Source of the DNA: Adineta vaga
Taxonomy: Eukaryota; Animalia; Rotifera
DNA: 64,000 bases
Direction: 5' to 3'
Assembly: GCA_021613535.1 (NCBI GenBank)
Contig: CP075492.1
Location: 19,344,001-19,408,000 of the forward strand
Positions 39,951 to 52,156 of this stretch are shown here, one piece after another (position 1 is the stretch's first letter; each line of letters starts with the position of its first letter). The position numbers and the translations under genes are program-made. Under the pieces are notes generated by a model, which was given only the letters and a program-made list of their open reading frames with translations, was not told the origin of the DNA and made no database searches.

Positions 39951-39955
39951 CATCC

Positions 39956-40011
39956 AACACCCACACCCTCACCCACACCCACACCCACACCCACACCCAC
40001 ACCCACACCCT
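39956..40011 (-). repeat. Interstitial telomere-like tract (CCCACA)n with CCCTCA variant, about 8-9 units
   Basis: Sequence reads CACCCACACCCTCACCCACACCCACACCCACACCCACACCCACACCCACACCCT. It equals (TGTGGG)n on the minus strand, the hexamer I recall as the Adineta telomeric repeat. Confidence 0.85.
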
Positions 40012-40170
40012 CTCAATACAGGCAACGGCAAGTTTCTTTCTCCAGTTACTTATTCAACTGGTGCGTATCCAAATGCATTAGCAATCGTTGACGTGAATAA
40101 TGATAATAAACCCGATATTATTGTTACTAACTGTGATGATAATGACGTTGGCGTTTTCTTACAATATTAA
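40012..40170 (+). pseudogene. 3'-terminal fragment of an FG-GAP repeat gene (one repeat plus stop)
   Basis: LNTGNGKFLSPVTYSTGAYPNALAIVDVNNDNKPDIIVTN...VGVFLQY* parallels the last repeat of 59782-61860. No upstream gene part is present. Confidence 0.85.
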
Positions 40171-40867
40171 AATTTATTTATCAATGTTTTACTGCAAGAT
40201 TTGGGATAATATTTCTATTAGATCATACATAATTCTTTTTAATCAATATCATAAATTTAAATAAATCTTTATCTGAGCTTTTAGTTCTCTTTTTTTCTTG
40301 TTCAGCTGTTAAAAGTACAATTTAGACTTACTCATTTATCTCATCATGTGAATTAATGCGTGACTGTATCTTTTCAAATATTATACAAAAGGATCAGAAA
40401 TATTCTCCATCCAATAATCTTTGAGAGAAATCATAACGTATGCAAAACATTCGATTTGAAAATGCGAACAGATCACATGGATATTTCATACAGCCAAAAA
40501 TTAAATTAATTTTCTAGAGATAAAAATTTCAAAAATAAATTGTCGAAAAGCTATTTTCATTACTTAGTTTGTGTATCATTCAAAATTATCATGATCGACT
40601 AATTATTGCTTGCGGAAAAAATTTAGCTCTCATTCACACAATCGCTTTGTTTCGTGGTCCAATCTTTGTCCATCAGCAAGATGATACGGATGAATATTCG
40701 GTATCAGAGATGTTACTATATAATTCAATTAACACCTTCATTCATTAATTCACACTTATTTTCCAATTAGATACGCATGTGCATATCGATACATACATTG
40801 TTCTCTTCTTATATATAAATAGAGTGAAAAGATAATATATTCGTCCATACTACAAGAAAAAGAAATA

Positions 40868-41133
40868 ATGAAATACTCTACTATTTTTGTTATATGTTTA
40901 GTGTTTCTTATGATATCAACTATTGTTGTATTTGCAGGTAAGAAAATACTCTAATCCTTATAATTATCTTTAGTTTTTTAGTAGATAATAATTCAACTGA
41001 AGTAAAACATAATAAACGATATAGGAATAAACGATCTGATTGTCGCTCGGATGGGTGTCCAGATAGTTTAAATTGTGAAATGTGTTGGTTCAGTTGGATG
41101 TGTGGTCGACGAGGTCATAGCACATATTGTTAA
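40868..41133 (+). CDS. Secreted Cys-rich peptide precursor (72 aa, 2 exons: 40868-40937, 40985-41133)
   Basis: MKYSTIFVICLVFLMISTIVVFA / DNNSTEVKHNKRYRNKR / SDCRSDGCPDSLNCEMCWFSWMCGRRGHSTYC*. 47-bp GT-AG intron, TATA at ~40810, AATAAA at ~41206. Absent from the ORF track. Confidence 0.85.
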
Positions 41134-41361
41134 TTAAAATAATATTCACGATAAAAAATATGTAGAAAGACAATATCAAATTTCTTTATTTTCGTGAAAT
41201 GTAGAAATAAATAAATATATATATATATATATGATTATACAATAGTTATTCACCTACAAGTTTTATCTATCTGAAAATATATTTTGTAATACACACCTTC
41301 GTCATTATATACTTTTGAGAAGTTTCTGTTAAACACCTATAGATATAATTTCAACAGTAAA

Positions 41362-41416
41362 TCTTGAGGGTATGGGTGTTGATGCATCCTATCTTCTATC
41401 GCCCACACCCTCAAGA
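41362..41416. repeat. Telomere-motif hairpin element (best-preserved copy)
   Basis: TCTTGAGGGTATGGG-TGTTGATGCATCCTATCTTCTATCG-CCCACACCCTCAAGA, with 14 of 15 arm positions complementary. Confidence 0.88.
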
Positions 41417-41966
41417 ATGGAAATCATCGAAATTTAATTTATTCATTGATTGTTAATCGAAAATATTTCTGTTTTGATGATGAATTATCTATTTCAATGT
41501 CTGGTAAGTAATTATTATTGAAAATGTTTTGTTAAAGTTAATATTTAAAAAAAATCCCCTTATCTTTTTGAGGGTATTCTCTTTGTGATAGAAAATTATT
41601 GCTTATGGAAAATAAAATAGATTACATTTTGACCTTATTCCATGTTTTATTATGTGATAAATAGCTTTGCTATACCCTCAGAATAAATGTGAATATACAT
41701 TCAGAGTCTAATCCTAACAACACCGGTACTGTGATGTTTGCTGCATAAAACCTTTTCACCGTTTTATGAAATATCAATTACCTCTTATCTTCTTTTGCCG
41801 CCATAAAGCAGTTAATCTCTTTCAATTTTTAAGAGATTAGTTTCACTGAGACTCTTCATGATTAGATGATTTGAGTATCAATATAAAAGCTAAGTTTTGA
41901 ATCTTGATGAATACCATTCATATATTCACATTTATCTATCACTCATTTGTCAAGTCTCGAACAGTA

Positions 41967-42221
41967 ATGAATAAAACTAGACAATTGATTGTCTTGATCA
42001 TTTTATTAGTATCGTTGATAACAAGTACTATGACTCGTCATACAGACAATCAAGCAAACATAAATAAACGTTTTCATCATTTAACAAATCATTCATCTGA
42101 TCATTTTTGTCGAGTTTATTGTCGTCGTCCTTGTGGTGATTGTTTTGATCTTCATCAATGTAATTGTGAAATCAATGATTATTTTTGTCTTGATGATTGT
42201 GCTGCTCGTTGTGGTTGTTAA
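41967..42221 (+). CDS. Secreted Cys-rich peptide precursor (84 aa, 10 Cys)
   Basis: Signal MNKTRQLIVLIILLVSLITSTMT, propiece ending KR, mature FHHLTNHSSDHFCRVYCRRPCGDCFDLHQCNCEINDYFCLDDCAARCGC. TATAAAA at ~41883. Confidence 0.85.
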   Translation: MNKTRQLIVLIILLVSLITSTMTRHTDNQANINKRFHHLTNHSSDHFCRVYCRRPCGDCFDLHQCNCEINDYFCLDDCAARCGC

Positions 42222-42787
42222 CGTACAACATCTATTATATTCATGAGATAGGTACATGTATTACTCAAAGTTATTACCTATTTTAATAATAAGACTATGT
42301 CAAAAGAAAACATTCATATTTCAACATAATTGAATTTTAGACAATATATTTTACTCTTACTTTTACGTATTGAAATCGAAACTATCTGATAAAACTTTTG
42401 AACAAGATCTAGACATGTCGTGAATTCCTTGATTCATGTTCATTTTCAATTCAAACTATCATTTCACAAGTGAAATACATTCTTCTCAATAGGAGAGACA
42501 ATATTCTTAACCTCAAATACTTTTCGTATTTTTCAGTTCACACACAATTGTTGATGATTATGCTCTTATAATCCTTTCTACTTTTCTTTTATTCAATTAT
42601 CATGAACAAAGAAACCTGTTAAGTTGGGTGTTTCTATATCTAAACGAAAAGCAAATTAAAAAAAATGAAGTATTCATTGAGCAGGAACTCGTTAATTTTC
42701 ATGTACTTTTTCAATAATGCTAACTAAGCTCCAAACAAGTGAAAAGATACTATCTTCAACACCCACCCACCCACACCCTCAAGATTT

Positions 42788-43826
42788 TCATTCTAATACA
42801 CCAACCCAGTTGAGACTCCATCTGTAGGTTTTCGAATAATTTTGTACGATGGTGAAGATATATGATATAATTGGAGCAAGGAAGACTTGGAATGAATCCT
42901 TCGTTGGAAAATAAATAGAAGTATAACCACCAGTTCCGACATGTGCGCCATCACCACCTAAACTCGTGAAATATAATGGAGTGGAATTAAAATTACAATG
43001 ACTCGTATTGATGTTCATGGTATAGTCAAGATTGATGTTTATATACCATAGTGTCTATGATGAAACATCAGAACAAACATATGATTGTCTAGTTGTTGCA
43101 ACTGAAGAAAATATAATACAAAAATTTCAAATTACTCTCGATGTTTATAACAAAAAGTTAGTTTTCATCCGAAATTCTATTCACCTGTTGTTGTTGTTGT
43201 TGTGGTCGTTTGTGTTGTAACTTTATTCATAAAGAAAGAAAAAGAGTATTGATAATAGAAGAAGTATTGGTTTTTACTATTTCCTGTCGATGATGCTGTT
43301 GTTGTTATTGATTTTCGAATTGAAGTCACAAGCAGATATATGACAACTAGAAGGAGTGTTAAAGAAACGACAGTAAGCCAAATTTTCATAACTATCAAAG
43401 AATATTCTAAACGTCGGGTTCCTTGATGAAAAGTATCATTAGATTTTTCGACGTTTCTATACATACAAATATAAGATAAAAAAAAAGCGTATTAGTGATT
43501 TCGTACTAACTTGGATTCAAATGGTTGGTCAGATGTACTTTTGAATTGTTCGTGATGAATCGAAGATATTTCTGTATTTTTTGTTCCAAATGATGAATTG
43601 ATATTTTCAAATAATGGTAATGATCCATGTGATGATAATTCAGGTTCGTTGGGTATCGATCGTTTTCTGATCTTTCGTGGATGTCGTTCATGTTTGATAG
43701 GTTTAACCTGATGGGGAAAAAAAAGTAGAATTCAATATATTTTTGTAATAAAAATACTTGATTAGCCCATTTTTTTAAAGTTGGTTTTGGAACAAATGCA
43801 GCTGTAACAAATTGTGTTTTATTCAT
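42788..43826 (-). pseudogene. Multi-exon type II membrane protein with Thr-rich stalk and C-terminal INTSHCNFNSTPLYFTS domain; one in-frame TAG
   Basis: Exons MNKTQFV...WANQ / VKPIKH...FES / NVEK...TM helix / TTTT / VATTRQSYVCSDVSS*TLW...MNINTSHCNF...WSLNWVGVLE are joined by GT-AG introns. Confidence 0.6.
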
Positions 43827-44014
43827 TTCTACGAATTTTCGATAAGAAATGAAGTAGAGTAGTGATATGTTAATAGGAAAAAACAATACAGTGTCCTTTT
43901 CTTTTCAATAACAATCATAAATTATTTTATGACGAAATAACACATTATTAAAGGAGACAATCATGTATACTTTATGTAAACATAAATTGAAGTATATAAT
44001 ATATTGTATCTTGA

Positions 44015-44322
44015 ATGATGATATTTGAGGATTTACCAAATGAAATTCTTCTTGAATGTTTTGATTATTTGAATGCACCGCATATTTTTCATTCATTTAC
44101 TCGATTAAATTATCGTTTTAATCAATTAATTGAAAATATTTCATTAAATTTCGATGGTAGAAATATTTCCAAATCATTATTTGATCAATTTTGTATTCAA
44201 ATATTATTAAATCCAATAATTAAAAAGCAAATTCATTCAATTGTTCTATCGAATGATCCAATAGGTATGCAAAGTCAAGTATTTCTTTCATTTCCTTTAC
44301 TTAAGGATTGTTCATCTCTTCG
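44015..44322 (+). pseudogene. F-box gene 5' fragment
   Basis: MMIFEDLPNEILLECFDYLNAPHIFHSFTRLNYRFNQLI is an N-terminal F-box. The ORF runs into a hairpin repeat at ~44320 and stops. Confidence 0.8.
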
Positions 44323-44361
44323 AGGGTGTAATAGTCGATAATAACACATTTCCTACTCAAG

Positions 44362-44592
44362 ATACTTACCCAAAAGCATTGGCTGTCATTAACGTGAACG
44401 CCGACAATGAATCCGATATCGTGATCTCAAATTTTGGTTCAGATAATGTCGGCATTCTTTTCAATACAAGCAACGGCACTTTTCTTTCTCCAGTTACTTA
44501 TTCAACTGACATTAAGCCAAACTCACGTCAGTAGTATAGTATCCTATGTGAATAACGACAGTTTATCTGATATTGTTGTAGTAAACGAGAAT
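44362..44592 (+). pseudogene. Decayed FG-GAP repeat fragment (about 1.5 repeats)
   Basis: TYPKALAVINVNADNESDIVISNFGSDNVGILFNTSNGTFLSPVTYST...VNNDSLSDIVVVN. Confidence 0.8.
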
Positions 44593-45245
44593 GGATGGGT
44601 GATGGTGAGACTTTTCTCTTCACACTCACCCACACCCACACCCTTTTACCATTTATTTTTATATGGGAAGTGGTCACAACACTATGCAAATAGTTCGAAC
44701 AATTGTTTATCAAGGATTTATTCATTCTTGACGATAAGACGAGTGAGAGCAAAAATACTTTTACGACAATCGTATTGTATTAATCCTTTCGTTTCAATCA
44801 TAAAGATATCATAAATGAGAGTTATTGCCATGTTCTTTTAAATATCAAGTACCTCTTCAGTAAATATAAACGGCTAAAAATCGACTGAAGAACAATTATC
44901 TATAAAATATTTCCTAATATCATATTCAGATCATTCTAGAACTTATTAAGATTAGCTTTTCCAACTGAAATTCATCGCAACTTCATGAGGATATGTAATA
45001 TAAATTCAATCATATCCAAAAACTCAAGATTGGAATAATAAGAACAATAGAATATTTTTATCCATAAATGAAAATATTTCTTTCATAAAACGGAAAAAAT
45101 CGTATTTGATATAAAAATAAACATGAGTTGTCAAGAAACATATCAGATATATTTTGGGAATAATCTCAACATTATAATTCAATGAAAGATTCAAATCAGA
45201 TGTATCGAAAAGGTTTATAAAATTTACTTAATACGATAAATCATA

Positions 45246-45861
45246 TTAATGTGATGTTTGATGAGCATCATAACAAACATAAACAATTTTATTATTAAAA
45301 GGACGAAAATAACAAAAGTTTGTACGTTTTCCAATATAATATGTTGGATCAGAATCGTGACGACCACGATCAAACCAAATATCATAATCACAATAATCAG
45401 CTTCACAACAATAATAACTATTATGACGACTTGAATGAGGATATTCTTCACGACGTTCATCAGGTGTACGAGAATAATAATAATTTTCGAATTGTTCATA
45501 TTCTCGGACATATCTATCACCATTACAAGCAGGACAATTCAATATTTGCGAATTTGTTAATGATTCTAAAAATAAAAAATGATCTTCTCTCAAAAAAAAT
45601 TTGTTTTTCGAAATCAAAGTTACAAATCATTTATGTTATCTTATTTTTTCTCAAAGAAAAGTTCATACAGCAGCGGTTAAATACTATATGCGTTCAACTG
45701 ACAAAGCTTGTTTCTCTCATTTAGATGAATATTAATTGTCAGAGCAGATAAGAAGAAGAAGAAGAAGAATGGTAAGATTCTTTCAGAGAAGCGTCAATTT
45801 AGTTTTTCTCACCATTTAATTGCATAATTGATGATGTTTGAGATGTTTTGTTTGATTCCAT
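45246..45861 (-). CDS. Small Cys/Tyr-rich hypothetical protein, probably 2 exons
   Basis: Exon MESNKTSQTSSIMQLN followed by donor GTGAG. Acceptor TTTTAG at ~45567, then SLTNSQILNCPACNGD...YYCCEADYC...VCYDAH. A TATA-like element lies upstream at ~45935. Confidence 0.5.
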
Positions 45862-46799
45862 TGATATCGTTAAGAAAACTAAATAGATATTCGAATTTTT
45901 ATTCAGAGACAATGAATGACCAACCAACTATTTATATAAAGGAATAGAAAGGAAAAACTCTGATCATAACGTTCCCTTTACGTCATTTGTGTTTGGGAGA
46001 CTTTTCTCTTCAGTTTTATCAAAAATAGTATGAGAGATTAGTTTTTTTTCTTCTAATATGCTTAAAATCAGAAACTCCATAATAAATGTGATCTGTATTT
46101 TTAAAAATCATTGTAAAGAACAGCGTACTGATTTTGCTTTTTAAGATGAAATCAAAACAACAAGAATAAATGAAGTTATATTTTTATCGTTAGATAAAGT
46201 ATTGAAGTTGTTTGGGTTTTTCTCTCGTCAAATAAAATTTGATCTGTATTCATATTGGTTTTATTACTCAAGATATGCGAGACTTTTTATTTCAACACGT
46301 TTTTGAGAATATTTATATCTGATAATAAAATTTATCTGAAATATAATAACATTCGAATAACAAGAAGAGAATAATTTTAATTAGAATCAAAATAATCATA
46401 ATTATCCATTAAAATCTATTTATTGAAAAATTCAAAGACTTTAATTTAACTATATTATTCTAGAACAATTGCGCATTGAAAAACCCCTTCGAGATAAACA
46501 TGTAGGATGTGGGTGTAAGTCAAGGAAACTTATACTAACAAAGTTTATTCGATAACTATGATGCTCTCACTCATACTAGTATCCATCTGAGAACATATAA
46601 CTTTTATAATTGATGGTTTGGATGATGAACACCTATCAGTACAAGCACTTACACCGACTCAAAACAGTCCTAGATCAATTAAACTACTTATAGTAATAGT
46701 AGATTTCGTATCGCTGTGTTGGAGAAACTACTGACACTTTCGATATACCTATAAAATACAAAAGTTTATGTACAAATATAAAAATGATTACATAACATT

Positions 46800-47190
46800 T
46801 GTTTTGTAATTTTATTTTGAATATCGAAGAAATTTTCAAAAGAAATTTCTTGATAAATGATGACAAAAATAGAATAAAATTATAGAACATCTTGAACAAA
46901 CTTTAATGAAATAATGAAAAACAAAGTCTTTTTTTAGAATATTATCCATTAGATGAAATCATTCATCGTCATTTATTTATAATTTATGATAAAAATTCAA
47001 ATAAACTGTTGACTTTGGGTAAAGGAATAGATCCACTAAAACCTTCTTTTATTGGACAAGAACATAACAATTGAATCGAACAGATGAAATACTTACCATC
47101 AAAATATATTTTTAACATTAATCATTGTTGTACAATATCATCATCAATTTCAAATTCTTGTTCATCATTCGATACGACTTTTAATACCAT
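46800..47190 (-). pseudogene. SKP1-like pseudogene
   Basis: MVLKVVSNDEQEFEIDDDIVQQ*LMLK, intron (GTAAG), then GFSGSIPLPKVNS. This follows the SKP1 N-terminus (L.SSD..FEV......S..IK...PLPNVN). Stops are present; the 3' extent is approximate. Confidence 0.7.
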
Positions 47191-48153
47191 GTTTCTCTAT
47201 GATCAACACAAGAAATAATGTGTTGTTCATATTTTATGTGTTTTAATATTGAAAAGATTATAGTTAGAAAAACTTATTCATATCCATTGCCAACTAACTG
47301 ATTTCATGAGAAGAACAAGAAAAAATGAGTATGAATGTGGGTGAAGAAAAGAGATTTACCCACCCCATCTCCACTTAGACCTTTATAAGCAAATATTAGT
47401 CGAAAATACTCCAATCCACTGTCTTTTACTGGCGTAAGAAGACATTAGTATAATGACGTCTTTATGCAATACTTTCTCTCGATATCTTCTCTTTCTTTTC
47501 CTTCTGTTAAGCTTCTGATGAGATATTTTCAGAATATTCAGATGATAATTTTATCGAATTAGATTAAGACACTATTTCAAATCCGTATCTTTCCTACATC
47601 AATTAAGCGTATCACTATATTTTGTTCTTATCTGAAAATTTTCCACCAATCATTCATTTTTTTGAAATACAGAGTTTCTTTTTACAGAAAAACGACTGAG
47701 CATTGTTTTGTTTCTATAATGTTTTTTTCTCTCAATCAATTGTGATATGAACATAAATTGTGTGCATATTACTTTTTATCAATGAAAAAACATTTTTTTT
47801 TCTTCCGAATTTAATTCTTAAATACATAATAAATATATTTTCTATTTATGTGACATATGCTAAATATGATATTGTTTTTAATGGAAGTTCTTACTTTTGC
47901 CTAAGAGAATATGTAGTAACACAAATTTTCACTTGCATCAAAACATTCTCTGAAACTTCGATTAAAAATGAGTGATTCTAGTCGTATGTGTCAAAAACAC
48001 GTTTTGATTACTATTTAGTTTTAAAATATCTGGTAAGAACAATCGAGAACATTCTTTTCATTTACCGTTTTCTATTTCATTAATGATAATAAAATCATTT
48101 TTGTTTTTATAAAAAGTACAACAACTTGAGATCATCATTCCTTGTGAAATACA

Positions 48154-51100
48154 ATGATTTCAATTGAGAATTTCAAATTATGTTTAATTTTCTCTATGAT
48201 TCGACTATTGTCAGGTAAATAAAAAATCCGATACTTCGCTTCTTGTTTATAATACGATAAATAATCTTGAAAATTTCACGAAGGTTTGTCATTTAATCAA
48301 CCAAAATTTTGCGCATCAGCAAGTTGGAACTCGTCTGGAACAAATTTGCTAAGACTGGATGTCATATTTCCATATTCTATATTTATTACAACTAATAACT
48401 CAATTTTTATTGGTGTAGATGAATTATCTAGTATTTATGTTTCGTTCAATTACTTGATTAAGGTCACGAAAATTAATTCATTCATTCCAACCATCACAAC
48501 GTCAATTTTTGTTCAAAATGATAATGAAATTTATGTTCAAACACTCATTCCCGAACCTACAATTATCAGATGGATATTGAATACAAATAATCAGACTCCT
48601 GTTATGGATATTCCTTATTTATGCTATGCTCTTTTTATTGATATTGACAACAATCTATACTGTTCATTAGATACTCGTCATGAAATTATTAAAAAATGGT
48701 TAGGTGACAATAGCACAATGGCAATTACCATAGCTGGCACTGGTGTTTCTGGCATGTCTTCTGATACCTTGAATGGTCCACGTGGAATCTTTGTTGATCT
48801 CAATTCTAATTTGTATGTTGCTGATTGTTTTAATAATCGAATACAGTTGTTTCAACCAGGAAACAAATATGGAACTACTGTTGTAGGCGAGATGACGATC
48901 GAACCTACAGTTATTCTCAACCATCCGACTGGGATACTATTGATGGTGATGGTTATTTATACATTGCTGATCAAATTAATAATCGTATTGTTCGTGGTAG
49001 ATCATCTGATTTTCGATGTGTAGTTGGATGTAAAATTGATTTTGAAGCAATATATGCAATATTGATACCGAATCATATGGCTTTTGATAGTTATGGAAAT
49101 ATTTATGTTGGTGATTTGGCATATGAACGAATTATAAGATTTAATTTTTTGAAAAGATCATGTGGTAAGCATGAAATCAGATGTAGATGAAAAAAATCTT
49201 GAAAAATTATTTCTGTGAGTAGAAGTGATGTTTTAATGACATTTTGTATTTCAGATCCAGTTAGTACCAATGGGTCTTTAATATCGTCATCAAGAAGTAT
49301 GTAAATCTTTTATTTCAATAGTTTTCATAGTATTAGAAGAAGAAGGATGAAACTTCAAGTATATAAGAGCCACAAACCGAACACTATAGAGGGCTGCTCA
49401 ATTAGGTTCTTAGTTTCGTGTGGAATAAATATCATCTTATAGAGTACATTATTTTAGTTATAAAACCTAATTTTTAGCTTTGCCCCATGTTTCTTGGTAG
49501 AAATGCTCACATTTCGCCAACGAATTTATCACCGCGCAGGTTTTCAGAAGTCAGACGGTGAATTCGTGACTATTTAGAAATTCATCGCTTCTTTTATCGC
49601 TAGGTTTACCTGTTGACAAGTGATAAAGTACGAGCCATTATACAATATTCATGGTCGACACCGTTCTATAAAAGACCCGACAATTCTTTTTCTAATTTTA
49701 CATAGTCTTCGATGAAAGATCTTTGCAGAAGACCTTTATTGAAAATCTATTGGAAAAAATGACGAGAATAGGTATTTAAATAGTTTATTTTCAAATCAGC
49801 TCGATAGAAATCGCTCAAACTTTTCTCCCAAAGACTATTCACGTAGGACTACCAAAGGGTGATATCAAAATTCTATGTATTCATTTTCGTGGAAAGTCTT
49901 CAAAGTCAAGAAAACTGATTGACGTACATGTGTTAGCGAGAAGTGTAAATGGAAATGATAATAAGGTTATAGGATTAGAATAGAGATCACTGATCATCAT
50001 ATTCTGGCTCACACTTACGGTCTACAATAAATACTTGTCTGCGCAAACTGAATATGAGAAAGTCTAAAATCTTCGTTTAGGTCTTAATATTGTTCAGGAT
50101 GTCAGTGATGGCAATATATCCTCTGCTCCTCTCTTTGTCGGCCCATTACACTTCGATGAGAAATACAACAGCTTTGAATCGATCTCATTTCTTATTTGAC
50201 CAAACACTATCTTAGATAATTGTATAAAGAATAAATTATAGAGTTTTATTTAGGCTACTCATTTAATCAACCAAAATTTTGCCCATCAGCAACATGGAAC
50301 TCCTTTGGAACTACTTTTCCAGCAGAGAATATAATTACTGGAATTCCATATTCTATATTTATTACGACTAACAACTCTATTTACGTTGTTGACTATTCAA
50401 GTTCTCGAATTTATATTTGGTTTAATGAAACTACTCTCAATTCAACAATCACACTATCCCACAATTTAGTATCAACAAGATCAATTTTTGTTCAAAATGA
50501 TAATGAAATATATATTGATAAGGGTGATAGTAATCAGCTAGTGGAAAAATTGATATTAGATACAAATAGAAGCATTCCTATTATGAATATCTTTTCATCA
50601 TGTTATGCTCTTTTTATTGATATCAACAACTATCTATACTGTTCATTAGATACTCGTCATGAAATTGTGAAAAAATGGTTAGGTGATGATAATTCAGTGC
50701 CAGATACCACAGCTGGCACTGGATTTCCTAGCACGACTCCTGAGAGCTTGAATAGTCCACGTGGAATCTTTGTTGATCTCAATTCTAATTTGTATGTTGC
50801 TGATTGTTTTAATAATCGAATACAGTTGTTTCAACCAGGAAGCAAATATGGAACTACTGTTGTAGGCGAGATGAAGATCGAATCTACAATTATTCTCAAC
50901 TATCCCACTGGAATCACTATTGATGGTGATGGTTATTTATACATTGTTGATCAAAATAATAATCGTATTGTTCGTGGTAGATCATCTGATTTTCGATGTA
51001 TACTTGGATGCGCAGTTGGTGGTAAAGAGTCTTATAAGTTGTTGGAACCGCAACATATGACTTTTGATAGTTATGGAAACATTTATGTTGCTGATTCGAA

Positions 51101-51565
51101 GAATCATCGAATTCAAAAATTTTTTTATTCGGAAAGATCATGTCGTAAGTGTGAAATCATGTTTTAATGGTTCTTTGGCTGTTGTGGCGAGTGTTGACTG
51201 AGTGTTTTTTATAGCCCTATAGTGAGATTAAAGGGATACAATACAATATATATGGTTATATTCGTAGTATTACTTGAGATATTGTTTCAATAATACTATT
51301 TTGTATGACAAGAAGTTCATATATAACTTTTTCAGAGCACATGTTGAACTATAAAAATAGGAGTTTTTCGAGGAACATCGGATACTTGTGCTTTAGTGCA
51401 AGAATTGAATTTCATCATTTTTTTTTCGATTATTCTTTATAAGAATCAAAGAAAACGACAACATATGCTGCGACTTTAACAAGTAAACCGGTGGTATCAC
51501 ATTCAACAAAAACTCTTGTTCCATCTTTAATGCTATGGTTAATTATTTTCGCGATTTATATTTAA
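48154..51565 (+). CDS. Secreted/GPI-like protein with two NHL beta-propeller domains, about 5 exons; 1-bp frameshift near 48935
   Basis: Signal exon 48154-48214. Two exons begin SFNQPKFC..A.WN and contain LNxPRGIFVD...LYVADCFNNRIQLF repeats. The last exon ends in hydrophobic LMLWLIIFAIYI*. Copy 1 lacks one base relative to copy 2 (GGGATACTATT vs GGAATCACTATT). Confidence 0.8.
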
Positions 51566-52156
51566 AAATCTTTATTCAAAGAACATTTATTTTGCTTATT
51601 TATTAAAATTCTGCTAATGAAATAAATATATGAGTGAACTAATCCAGAAAGGGAATCCAATAGACACTGATGATCATATTGAAGTAGTGCTTAAATAAAC
51701 GCAAAAGAAATTTGCAATAATCAACATATTTTTTCTATTTTAAATAATAAAACGGTGAAAACATGTGCATATACCATATGAATGATCAGAGATCAATAAA
51801 AATTGTACATTGATCTTAATAAGGACAGAGAAAAAACCTTATTCTACCAAATCATGATTTATGAAGAGGAATAGAACGGAAGTGTTGTTTTTTTTTATAT
51901 TAAAATATTTTCCAATTAAGCTTTTTCTTTAAACTCTCGAACAGATTTATTAATCACAAAAAATAATCAGGAAATACGTCAACTAATTGCGTATGTGATA
52001 CTTGTTATTTAAAAAGTTCACAAAAAATTGACGTCAATAACTAAAAAACTCATTGATATCTAAATATGTTCATATTTTTCAGAAAAAAATTGACGTCATA
52101 GAAGACGCAGAGAAAATATAAAGACTAATGATTCTTCTCAATTTCTTATTAAAATA

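Noticed and set aside
39787-40081. ORFs with WVWVWV / HPHPHP / THTHTH runs (also 291-594, 5702-5922, 14054-14332)
   Set aside because: These are translations of CCCACA/TGTGGG repeats or the minisatellite, with no coding evidence.
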